DNA from: Camelus dromedarius
Taxonomy: Eukaryota
Direction: 5' to 3'
Assembly (NCBI RefSeq): GCF_036321535.1
Contig: NC_087437.1
Span: 113,028,001 to 113,092,000 of the forward strand
DNA: 64,000 nt
Position numbers and translations under genes: made by a program. Positions 53,061 through 64,000 of this stretch are shown in pieces (positions within the stretch are counted from its first letter, which is position 1; every line of letters starts with the position of its first letter). Under the pieces are notes generated by a model, which was given only the letters and a program-made list of their open reading frames with translations, was not told where the DNA came from and did not search any database.

Positions 53061-54229
53061 AATGGGAAACACTCAGAACTCAAGGCCTTCCCAGGAGGCT
53101 CCCGCCATGTCAGACAGACCAAATGTTGGCTTTTGTGTGAGGCTCAGCCCCTCATTTGCTTGACTGAAGGGCATTACCTGCCACAGCACAGAGCTCTGAG
53201 CACCGAAGAGAAGGCCCGGCAGTTCAGCCTTTCCGGGGGCTGGCACTGTCCCAGCTTCAGCTAAGGACTCAGTGTATCTATGGAGGTTGGAAGATGATGT
53301 GAGTGCAGATCTGGCAAGCCCCCGCAGGTGGCAGCGAGACCCCGCCTTCACCAACACCATGGTGAAAAATGTAATAGAGATTGTCTTCTCTGAGAGTAGA
53401 CCTGAATTCTCTGGCAGGATTCGTAAGGAGACTGACTTTAGAAGGGTGGGTGGAAAACAGTTTTAATTTACTCCACCACCTGCAGCCCTCAGAGAACAAA
53501 GGTATCCCCAGAGATGTCAGTCCATTCAGCATCTAGAAGATTCTAGAAGCTTGCACAACCAGGTTCTTCTTTCATGCCAGGCACTAACCCTCTACTTGCG
53601 CCCAGTTGTTGGTGGATCAGTGTCTTCCTTTGAACCAGAGCAATAATATTTTGACGTTGCCTAGAGCCAAGCTTAGAGATGGAGGTTGACAAGATTCTGG
53701 CTTCCCTGAGTTTGCTTTTCTCTTTCCCCCCGGTTAAGGTAAGAGCGGAGCCTACCAATGGTTTGCTAATTGTCTCCAAGTGAAAAGACTGTTGAATTCA
53801 GAAGGGATTTTAGACTCCCGGGGCATGACGCCCGTCATTTCACAATGGAGAATTATTTTGTGGTATTTATTTTATGATTCCTGACCCTTGTTCTAAATCT
53901 TGCTGGTGTGTTTTCATTTAAAATGTATTAACTGGAACTTGGCATTGTGACTTGGCTCCATTAAGCTCTACAACAGCTTAATCCAGATTTTATTATACTG
54001 GGACTTGAGTATGTGAACTGTAATATGGGAGGAAGCTTAAGGATAAATAAAGTAATTTTGATACTTACTATGCATTTAACTCTTTGGGTGCCCTCTTGGC
54101 AATTAACTGAAGTGTCTGTGGTTGGATTTCAATGTTTTAAATATGTTGCCAGAGTGACTGTTAAGCCTTCTTGAGACTGGGCCTCTGGGGGCCTCTGGGT
54201 GAATGGCAGACTCAATGGAGCATCCTGGG

Positions 54230-55540
54230 TCCTGTGGCTGTCATGTGTTAGTCTGTCTAGTGGATGTGGAGCCCTGCTAGGCAGCATGGAGCAAGCAGCC
54301 TCGACCTCCTTCCTGAGCCCCAGGATGCTCACATCTCTGCCTCCAGCTCCTGCTCTGCCTCCGGCTCGGCTTGGCCCTCGTGGACTCCTCAACCTCAGCA
54401 CTTCCAAAGCAGCCTCCTGACCTTCCCCTTGAACCTGCTCCTTTACTGGATTCCCCTTTTGGAAATGGAGCCACCATCCACTCAGGTGCCCCTGCAACTG
54501 TCTCTCCTTTACCACAAACAGAGTCTGTTGACTCTACCTTTTAAGTGTGTCTGCAGACTATTTCTCTCCAACCCCCCTGGCCCACCCCAGGTCCAGCACC
54601 AGTAGCTCTTACCTGGAGCACCCATTAGCCACCTACCTGCCTTCCCATGACTGTTTGTGATCTTTGCAGCCTTCTCTCTGCAGTCAGAATGACCTCCTCT
54701 ACATAAAAACCAAATCGCCTTACAACCCTGCCCTAAAGCCTTCAACACTTTCCTACTGTACCTGACTTAGAATCTCAGTCTTTCACATGTCCTCCAGACC
54801 CTGGGTGGTCTAGCTCCTGTTTCCTTCCCAGCTCTACCTCTCACTCCCACAGCTCTACCTATCACTAGGCTCTGTCTCACCAATCTTTCTCTTGAACCAG
54901 CCTCCATTAGGGGGGCTAGGGACCCCTCATCTTTGAGATGACTTCCTCAGAGAGGCCTTTCCTGACCCCCCTCTATCTAATTAAGGCCTCCATTATACTT
55001 TTTCATTTCACCTTGTATAAGAGTGTATACTTTTATACTTATTGTTGTATTGTGTCCCTCCTACTAGACTCTAAGTTCCATTAGGGTTAGGGCCAAATCT
55101 ATTGTTAAAAACAAGACAAGAGACCCACAATAGAGTTGTTTATCACCAAACCAAGACAACTGAATTACATTTTCAGCTTTCCCAGAAGTGGAATCTTAAA
55201 CGGGTCAATAAGGAATCACCTTGTCAGCATGAAGTTATGATCTGCCTGACAGACCCTTGTCATCCTCTAAAGGAAAGTAACCGGGCAATAACCAGTTCAC
55301 TTTTTTGCCTAGTATAACTTCCTGTCCCTGCTCCCTCTGCCTTTCATTTCGCACAGCTCCTCGGAGCTCCTTTTTATCTGCTTGATTGGATGCTGTCTGA
55401 CTCATGAGTCAATGAATAAAGTCAATAAGGTCTCTGAAATGTACTCAGTTGAATTTTGTTTTTCACTCTGTTATGCTCAACACCATAAATCAAGACTGTG
55501 CCTAATACGTAGTACACGCTCAATAAGAATTGGCTGAGTC
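54230..55540 (+). mobile_element. L2 3' region, interrupted by the LTR at 55103-55465
   Basis: 'ctcaacctcagca', 'cttcctcagagaggcctttcctgacc', and tail 'gtgcctaatacgtagtacacgctcaataa'. Confidence 0.75.
55103..55465 (+). mobile_element. ERV1-type solo LTR
   Basis: TGTTAAA...TTTCA ends, AATAAA at about 55415, degenerate TSD ctat/ctct. Confidence 0.7.
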
Positions 55541-58500
55541 CATAAATACTGCCTTCAAAGAGTTCATTAGCACCTTCATCAGCAAAAACCTACTGAGCCT
55601 CTGCTTGCTCACTCTAGATAGGGAGAAACAAAAAGACCTGAAAAATCTCAAGATCCATTCAAAGCATTGTTAAATAAAGTGGAAATCCATAGTTATTGAG
55701 TTTATAATCTGGTGAGTGAGCATGTAAAGGTCATGGACGGGAGGCAGGTGGGGGAAGAGTGGCCGATGGACCAAGGTACCATCCTCAACTTGGTCTTTGC
55801 CTTATAGCCTCTAGTCTCAGAGAGCTGAGCCCAGAGCCCCATGGAGAGGAAGTCCACAGAAGATGTGTGTGTTGGCCATTCTCTGGTCCCCACACTGTGT
55901 CCTGTTCTAAGTCCTCTGGTTAATCCATTAATGTCTACATGTTTGTGGTTCCAGGCACTCTACCGGGGCAGCCCCAACCACACTCTCTAAGGAGCTGCAC
56001 GTCTGCTCTTGTCTCCTGTCTTCCCTGGGTTTCTGGAGACCTCAGGGTGAATGTGATGTTGGCCTTCCTCCGTGGACCCTCCTTTGTCTCAAGCTGACTG
56101 TTGGAATTAAGGTATTCTAGACTCCTTTTCTAGAAGATAAAATAAAATGAGCTCAATTGTTCTTAGTTGTAATGTGTTTAATTACTGTTTTCAAGTTTTC
56201 ATGTGGGTCTAGAGTTTGTATGTGAAGGAACCTTTACCAGTAAGTCTGAAAATAGTAATTTATAGAAAATTAGGGACAAAAGGCAAAGATTGATGAGGGC
56301 TTTTTGCTCCAACACAGCTGGCACATATCAAAGGGCATCAGAAAGGTCACATTTTAAGACCCTATTCCCTTGTTTTTCACAAGAACAAATATAATGCCCC
56401 AGATTTAGGGTGGGGGGTTTGCAAACTGCTAGGGAGTGAAAAGCAGATAATCCAAAAAGTTCTACAAAGTCTTTTATCACTAACATTTTCAGTAATGGGC
56501 TGTTTAGGGTAAAGACTTGACATGCTTAAGGAGAAGCTAGGTAGGTCCCTGGAGGCCAAATGCTGGACTTAATCCACCTAAGACCCCGACTAGAAAAACA
56601 AAAGTGAACTTTTCCCAGGCCTGCACCCAGCAGGGCAGTGCCTCTCCACCAGCTTTTCGAGCATCTCTTCATTACACTGTGCTCCTGAAAACTGAAAGGG
56701 AATTTTCTCAAGAGGTCTTCTAGTTTGACTTTTTGACTTCAAGAAGGGAGCTAAGAATAATAAGCACCCAGTACACTTGGATCCAAAGAGCTGAGTGACC
56801 TTGCCCAAGGTCATACAGCTAGTAAACAGCTGAGCCAATGCAAGAATCCAGGCCAGTCTGGGCCAGACCCAAACTCTTAACTCCTACCTTGTATCCTCCC
56901 TTCCCAATCTGCCATCTCCACAGATCCATGGTTTTTCACATTTTGCTTTTATAATACGCAGTGTTTTAAGTTGTGATTTCTTCTAATATTTCTCTTCTTT
57001 TCTAATTATTCCTCATCTCCTACATCCCCCTATCCTCCTACAAGTCAATGTGAAATTTAAAAAAATAGACATTTTCTTTTTTAGAGAATCTTTTCACCTC
57101 TTGGTTGTCTGCCCCACCTTCTTTGCCCATCACAAGAATACCTAGAGACACCCTAGGCTGTGCAAGTCCATGAATTGGGAGGTCTTGACACTCAGATGGA
57201 GAAACTAAAGCATTTGGAACTTCACAACTGCTCACCACACAGAAGATGATTCTGTTTCACCTACTGTGCAAAAATGTGCCTGAAATGAGGAACATAATCC
57301 CCTCATTCCCAGAGATATTACCTTGGGCTTTTGTTAGCACCATTATTTCCTTTGGAGTCTTAAGTTCCTATACAGAAGGATTTAATTACGTTTTAGCAAA
57401 TCTCAGTGAGAAAGATCTGGTACAATAAGTCAATGTCATTTCAAGTAAAAATCCTATGCAAAATTTTTATCCCCTTTTTAAGTCATACAATCTTGTTATA
57501 TTTCAAGTGATTTTCTAAATTGCCTAAAATTATGTAGTAGGCTACATAAATAATAGAATACACCCCCCCCCCCAGCAAATCTGAATTCATTGAGAACAAG
57601 CATGTAAGAGATAAGTTACCGGGGTTTAAACCACCTGGAATAATATTTCCTCTTGTGCTTCGTGTACTTGTGCTCGTGATCAAAGGATATGTGCTATTTT
57701 CCCACCCAAACGAAAAGCAGTGTTAATCAGAGAGCCCCAAATAATGTGAAATGTGATCACACCAATGATCTGCCAAAGTTAGCATTCTACTTTCAAGGCA
57801 GAAGGATGAAAATTCTCAGTGCCTCCCCCCCTCCCCCCGCCCCATCTATCTGCTGCATGTGTTCTGTGAGGGACACATGTGATGTCTCAGGATTCTCGCC
57901 TTGTGGTGTTGCCCTGGGCATTTTCCTAAAAGAAAGCTACTGGCTGACTGTGTCTTGCAGCTGTGGGGGCCACCCAGCTACTTCCCTTTCCTGTGAGGTC
58001 AAGTGGGTAGATTCATGAACGGTACAGGTGGAGAAAAAGGTTAACTTTAGAACGAATGCTTAGCATCGATATTCCTGGGACTGAACGGTTTCCAAGCCAG
58101 AAATAATCCTGTACTTTCAAAATGGGAATGTCTGATGCAGTTTTATTCTCCCTGTCAGATGGCTGGGTGTGGTACAATAATCATGGGGGAAAATGGGAGC
58201 CATATGAGCTGCTTTGCTGGGAAGAGCCTGTAATGGAGGTGTGTTACTGTGTCACCAGGATTTTCTATGAAGCCATCAGAAGAATTTTTGGAATATGAAA
58301 GCCCATTTGTTTATTGATTTATTCAATAAACACTCACTGCATATATGCTAGGGGACATGGGACAAAGAGAAATAAGACACAGTCGACATGATCCCTTCCC
58401 TCATTGAGATGAAAGGAGACTCAGACACCAAATCTAACACGTGATGCTAAGTGCTGTGGCTGTCCCTCCCTGACCAAGCCTAGAAGTCCCCGTCCTCCTC

Positions 58501-59026
58501 ATTACCCCTGCATCTTGCAGCATGCATTGCTACTTGAAATTATTTATGTGTTTGTGCTCTATTTCCTCCCTCTAGAATGCCAACCCCATGAAGGCAGGGA
58601 CACAGATCTTCTATCCCCCATGCCTAGAACATAGCAGGTGCTCAGCAAAATGTCTCATGAACAAAGCACTGTGGAAATGCTAAGAAGGGAAGGATTTCCA
58701 GGGGCAAAGGATGGCGGTGAGGGTCCGAGGGGGAAGCCTTCCTTAAGCAGGAAGTGTCTGACTGTAGTGTCTCACCAAGGAGAGAAGATAAAGCAAACAC
58801 ATCCCTGCCAGCACAGGCTCAGCTGTGTGAAGCTAACTTCAAATGGGAAAGTAGGGCCGTGAGGCCAGCTTTCAGATGTGGTGGGGGAGGGACAGGGAAG
58901 GAGAAGTCACTGGGAAATGTTGGGCCAGACGGTGAAAGGGTCTGGTGCAAACTGACAAACAATGGGAATTCACCAAGCTGTTGGGAGGATAATAAAATCC
59001 TTTCTGTAACTATCAGAGTTAAATAC

Positions 59027-59027
<1 letters not shown>

Positions 59028-59072
<45 letters not shown>
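59028..59072. repeat. (TG)n microsatellite
   Basis: About 22 perfect TG units. Confidence 0.95.
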
Positions 59073-59073
<1 letters not shown>

Positions 59074-60087
59074 ACTGAGCACTTTACGCAAGGTAGATAA
59101 CTAACAAAATGAGTTTCCTTATTTAGCAAGCAAAGGAACATATCCTACTGTTATTCAAGTAACCCCAGGTATTTAACAAGAGGAGAGGGTGATGAGAGTA
59201 GCGTTTTGGAAAGCTCCAGAAAAGTGTGAAGCATAGATCAGGCAAGAACCTGGAGCAGGGAAGCCAGGTCCCAGACTGTGGAAGTCACAGGTAATAATGA
59301 CCAAATTAAGGCCAGTTTGGAGAGAAGGGACATTTCCATTCTGGGGATATTTAGCCAGTCAATGGTTGGATCTTGGTATCCAACTGGATGTGGGGAGTAA
59401 AAGAGAAAGGAATGGAGGATACTTTAAGACGCCTTGCCCTTCATCACATTTATTACTGTCTGACACTAAGAAATATATCTAGTTTTTGTTCGCTTGTTTT
59501 GTGGACTGTCTGTGTCACTCTACAGAAAGTGAGCTCCTGGAGGACTCTGCCAGTTTTGTTCTCTGTCGTACTTCCACAGCCTAAAACTGTGCCTGGCCTG
59601 TATTAAACACTCAACCAATATTTGCAAATGCCTTAATGAATGAGTTGGAATATCCTTAGTCCCAGATGAGGAAGGCATGAAAAATAGCAAGTTTGGATGA
59701 AGAGATAGGAAAGAAGGTACCGAGGTCAGGAGCAATGTGGAAATGCTCCAGGGCCCTCTTGAACCTAGGAGAAAAGTCAGAATTTGGGGCTCAAATGCTG
59801 GCATCTTTGTGGGGTCCTTAACATGCTGGTGATTAAGTGAGATCACTCCAGGAAGGTAAGAAGAACACAGATTAAAAAGGAAAACCCAGGGCTTATTAAT
59901 ACTCAAAGAGGGTGGGGGAAAGAGAAGGAACCAAGACAAGGTGTGCCAGAATTGTCAAAGGAAAACTGTAACAGTGTGTTGTTCTAGAGCCATGATAGGA
60001 AAAGCTTCAAGGAGGGCAGTGAAACCTTACATATGGCACCGTAGTTTCATGGTCCAAATGTCAATGGACAGATGCCCTGGCGGGCTA

Positions 60088-60494
60088 GATTGGTGTGCTG
60101 GAGCTGGCTTGCAAGAGCTAGGTGTTAACTTTGGGGGAATTTAGTGAGCTATTATTAAAATTTAAAGATTAAATATTGTAAAATTGCAATAAAATAGATT
60201 TTCTTAAAAACAAAGATGATAAATCTTCAAAACTCTTCACTTCCCAATTATCTTATTACATTTTATTACTATCAATGCTCTTGAGGTTACTTATGTCTGT
60301 TGTATGTATTTGGTCACTTAAACCAAATACCATTAATGGTAATAGTGTGCTAGTGTTCATCTCTTCCCGGCACTTCATTCAGTGATGCCACGCTGGTAGC
60401 TTGAATACACCACGGCAATCGGCAAAGGCTGTAGATGAAGGCTCTTCTCTCCAACTAGAGAGCTGGTTGCTACACATTTACTGGCACACCACTG
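60088..60494. mobile_element. MER63-like hAT-Blackjack DNA transposon
   Basis: TIR-like ends 'tggtgtgctggagctggct' and 'ttactggcacaccactg'. Confidence 0.75.
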
Positions 60495-62624
60495 CTTGAA
60501 GGGAGAAGGAAGGGTCTAGAGTTTCATTTAGATTGGGGACAGAGGGAGCAAGAAGTCACCGGAGATGGCAGTGGAGATGCTGGAGACAGATGGAACTCTG
60601 ATTAAGAGTGATGGATTGAGTTCCAGAGCCTGGGTATTGGAAGAGCCCATTGTCCACTGACATGGCAGAAGTTCCATTTAAATGTGTAACAAAACAAGGA
60701 GCCTTTTTCAGCCATACACTCAAAGACACTATTTGGTCCTCCAATTAGGCTCCTTCCTTTATAGAATTCACCTTTGAGTGTTTTAAAATTTGCCTTGAGT
60801 GTGTTGTCATAGTGCCACTTCAGTGCGACAGACCATCAGCCTGTTTGTCTCATATAAACTCTCTTCCGGGGCAAACTGCTGGACAGGCAATTATGTTGTG
60901 TGATAGTTGCCCCTCAGGAGAGCCGTGGGTGGCTAGATCGCTTCAACATGGACAACATTTAAATTGGATCTGGAGATCCAATTCAAACACCATCATTAAA
61001 TAGGTCAGGTAAATACCTAGAACAAATTGCAAGAGGGAACTTGCATTTCTCAACATTTTTAAGCCCTGCTTTTGATTTTTGATAAACATACAAAGCTCAT
61101 ATTCTTTAAAAATATTTTTGAGATTCAAATTAAGCATAATTCCTCTCTCTCTCTAGATGTAGGTGTACATGTATGTATATGTATGTATATACACACACAC
61201 AAGAAAACAATAGAACAAAATACTGCATTGTTTTTAAACTATATATGCCTCCTCCTTTCCTCCATCTTCTGACATTACCACTCCCCTCTTGAGGGGAGTA
61301 TGCCACCTCCCAGTTAAGAGCTGTAGAATTTAGTAAACGATGAGATCAAACAGGCTCGAGGTGACATAAAATCTAAGGAACCCCAAGAACTGAGCTTCTG
61401 TATCGCTAGTTATTTACATATACGATTTTGCATTTTACTCTTGTGCACGGATCCATTTTCTACTTTTTCCACTTAGATTGCTTTTGCATGATACTTCCCA
61501 GATTTCACAATCATCTCTATAATTGTCCTTCCTAGTGGCCATTTAATATTCCATTATATTAATAGAGCACAGTCTGCCTAAACCATTTCCTCATAGCTGG
61601 GGACTTGGGCTGTTTCCAATGATTCATTTTAATATACCGAAGGACCAGAAACATCTTTTTACAAATATGTTTGTTTCCTTGGAATTATTCCTGGGGACAT
61701 TTTTCCCCAAGAGGCTTTACCAGGTCAGAGAGGAGAATCATTTTTACGACTTGTCACATATTGCAAAATTGCTCTTTAAGACTATTTGTTTTTCAGTTTA
61801 TGGTGCCACCGGCGAAGTTTAGTGTGCCTGCTTCCCCAAAGCCTTGCCAACAGCCAATTTTGTCATTTTTAGTCATTCCTCCTGTTGTTCTGAGTGCAGT
61901 ACAAGCCCATGTAGCTAAGGGGATGGACTCAGGAAATAATCTTCCCCTAATTAAAGCCTGGTGCAGTACTAGGGGGGAGGTTTTAATATGCATCACAAAG
62001 AATTAAGAAACTAAGAAAGATTGTATCATTCAGGTAAAAAATGAAAAAAAAAAATGACGTAGGGACATGAGTTGCCCTTTTAGAGGGTTAGAGACAAAAA
62101 GAGAGAACAAATAAGACGACACCAAAGGGAAAATCATGAAATGCATTGGAACACAAAATGAGAATGTAAATATTCTTGCTATTAATTTCAGCTCTTTATG
62201 AAGCAAAAAGAATCGCCAGAATTACTAAGTTTTGGAAATAAACCTGTAACCTTTGTTTTTGTTATTGCTGTTAAATGAAACACAATATGTGGGAGATTGT
62301 CTTTCTCTCTACTTGGCTTGAGATCTGTTTTCTCTCCCAGTAGCCATAATCCAAAATAAGAGCAATGAAAATGCTATTGAATCGGCTTTTGCATTTTTAA
62401 GAGTGCTCATTATTTATACAGTGGTCCCTAAAGGCTGTACGTCGATACCGCTGGCATCCATTACAAAGAGTGCACATATACAGTGCATTCCTTTGCACAA
62501 ACTGCAACTTCATCTCCCTTAGAGAAGGCTGCCCATGTTGGGTTCATCTCTCTAGCTGCTTATTCAAGTTTTAACTTCTGTAATCTCAGCTCTGTCATCA
62601 CTGAGAAGTTATCCATTATTTTTA

Positions 62625-62830
62625 TTTGATTTTGAGTATCATCTTCTATTGAAGCACAGTCAGTTTACATTGCTGTGTTAATTTCTGATGTAGAGCATAG
62701 TGATTCAAGATACTGAACATAGTTCCCTGTGCTATATAGTAGGACCCTGTTGTTTATTTTCCGTATAGTAGTTAGTATCTACAAATCCTGAACTCCCAAT
62801 TTATCCCTCCACCCCAGCTTTTCCCCTCCT
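62625..62830 (-). mobile_element. Short L1 3' end, same family as 46123-46995
   Basis: 'attgaagcacagtcagtttaca...gtgttaatttctg', 'ctgtgctatatagtagg'. TSD-like tccattattttt / tccgttactttt. Confidence 0.75.
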
Positions 62831-63129
62831 CCGTTACTTTTAGAGCTTGTTTAGCACTCTGAGACTTCCTGACACACACTTCTACTGCCTGTCCAGGAAC
62901 CTCCATCTTTGAAACAAATGGCCCGTGTCTACAAAGGCAAAGTGGGCTGCACTACTGAGGCCGGTTCCAGATGACCCCAGCCACGACAAGAGCTTCTGCC
63001 TGAAATAGAGGAATTTATTTCTCTCCATGAGATAGAATTAAATTCCATTACTCTTTCTCTTTCTTTCTGAAAGCTTATTTTACTGAGTCTAAGGGCTGTC
63101 GAGTAAGCTAAGGTAATAAGCTAAGACTG

Positions 63130-63960
63130 CATTTGATACATCCTTCCCTTTTGGAAACTGCCCCATCTTGGTATCTCTGACCTCTTTCTCTGGTTCTCCT
63201 GCTCTCCTCGGACTTTTTATCTGGAATCTTCTATAACTGTTCTTCCATCCCCCATCACCCTAGTGCCAGCAGGTGGCAACACTCGGGCCTTCGTTTCAGT
63301 GTGTATTCCCCCAGAGGGCTCAACCTTCCTGAGCTGCTTCTGCTACCTCTGAACTGAGACTCTTAAATCAGCATTTTCTAGCACATCCCTCTCCCTCAGG
63401 CTCCAGTCCCACATCTCCTCACAGTTGTCCACAGGACGTTTCCATTGCTTTGCCTTCCTGGCCATTGCCTCCTGTCTGGCAGATTCAAGAACTCACCTTC
63501 CTTCCCAGTGTGCTCAGCTCAGCTAGTTCTCCGAGCTTTAACTCCCCTCTGGGTCACCCAGACCCACCTCATGCATCTTTGACTGTCCAGCCTCCTTATC
63601 CCCAAATCTGGGCACCAAGTTATGCTTGAATTTACTTAAAATGTCTCTCACATTAGTCTCCCCATCTCGGTTCCATTTGCCATGCTTACTTCCAGCTCCC
63701 CTTCCCCCACAGCCTTTGAGCTGAGCCCCCACCTCCCACCCCTGTCTCTTCACCACGTCCCTCTGTACTGTCCATCCCCCTCAGACGTCCTCAGACATCG
63801 GGGCAGCTGCTTCCTTGCTTGAGGACCCTCAGTGCCTCCCTGTGTCCTACTCCATTCAGTCTGGACCAGGTCCATGTCTTTCCTTTTGTCATTTTAACCT
63901 GGATCCAAGAAGTGAATTCTCTTTCCCTCCAACCTCCAACATGAACCATTTCCATGGGAC
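63130..63960 (+). mobile_element. L2 body fragment
   Basis: Pyrimidine-rich L2 text ('ctccagtcccacatctcc', 'cccaaatctgggcaccaagt'). Confidence 0.55.
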
Positions 63961-64000
63961 AGGGTTCTTTGCTTTATATACAGGCAATAGTGTGCCAACA

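Noticed and set aside
55081..55092. TTAGGGTTAGGG interstitial telomere seed
   Set aside because: Only two units, lying inside L2 sequence; compatible with chance.
61280..61299. 9-bp perfect inverted repeat ACTCCCCTC-tt-GAGGGGAGT
   Set aside because: Isolated, and a few of this size are expected in 64 kb.
1..64000. CRISPR arrays, operons, prokaryotic defence systems or foreign inserts
   Set aside because: No regularly spaced repeats, gene-dense tract or compositional break was seen; the whole window reads as mammalian repeat-rich DNA.

Overview
Mammalian, not prokaryotic, genomic DNA. It is most likely camelid (camel/alpaca/llama), judged by a tRNA-Ala-derived Vic-1-type SINE at 4185-4293 and artiodactyl-style L1 3' ends. 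Much of the window is interspersed repeat: old and younger L1, L2, MIR, MaLR/MLT1 LTRs, four ERV1-type solo LTRs and hAT MITEs. The one clear non-repeat landmark is a CpG-island promoter at about 5.8-6.3 kb. I cannot name its gene or be sure of its direction. No protein-coding exon could be recognised with confidence, and the ORF track is essentially chance ORFs plus L1 ORF2 debris. There are no CRISPR arrays, operons or rRNA genes. The main leads are: (1) two same-family solo LTRs in inverted orientation just upstream of the promoter; (2) a palindrome-rich promoter with a symmetric NFAT/TonE/kB-like site; (3) a doubly truncated L1 ORF2 fragment that may bridge a deletion; and (4) a speculative phase-compatible three-exon ORF with a WWE-like motif. 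I found no convincing novel system. Repeat family names and boundaries come from pattern recognition and are approximate.
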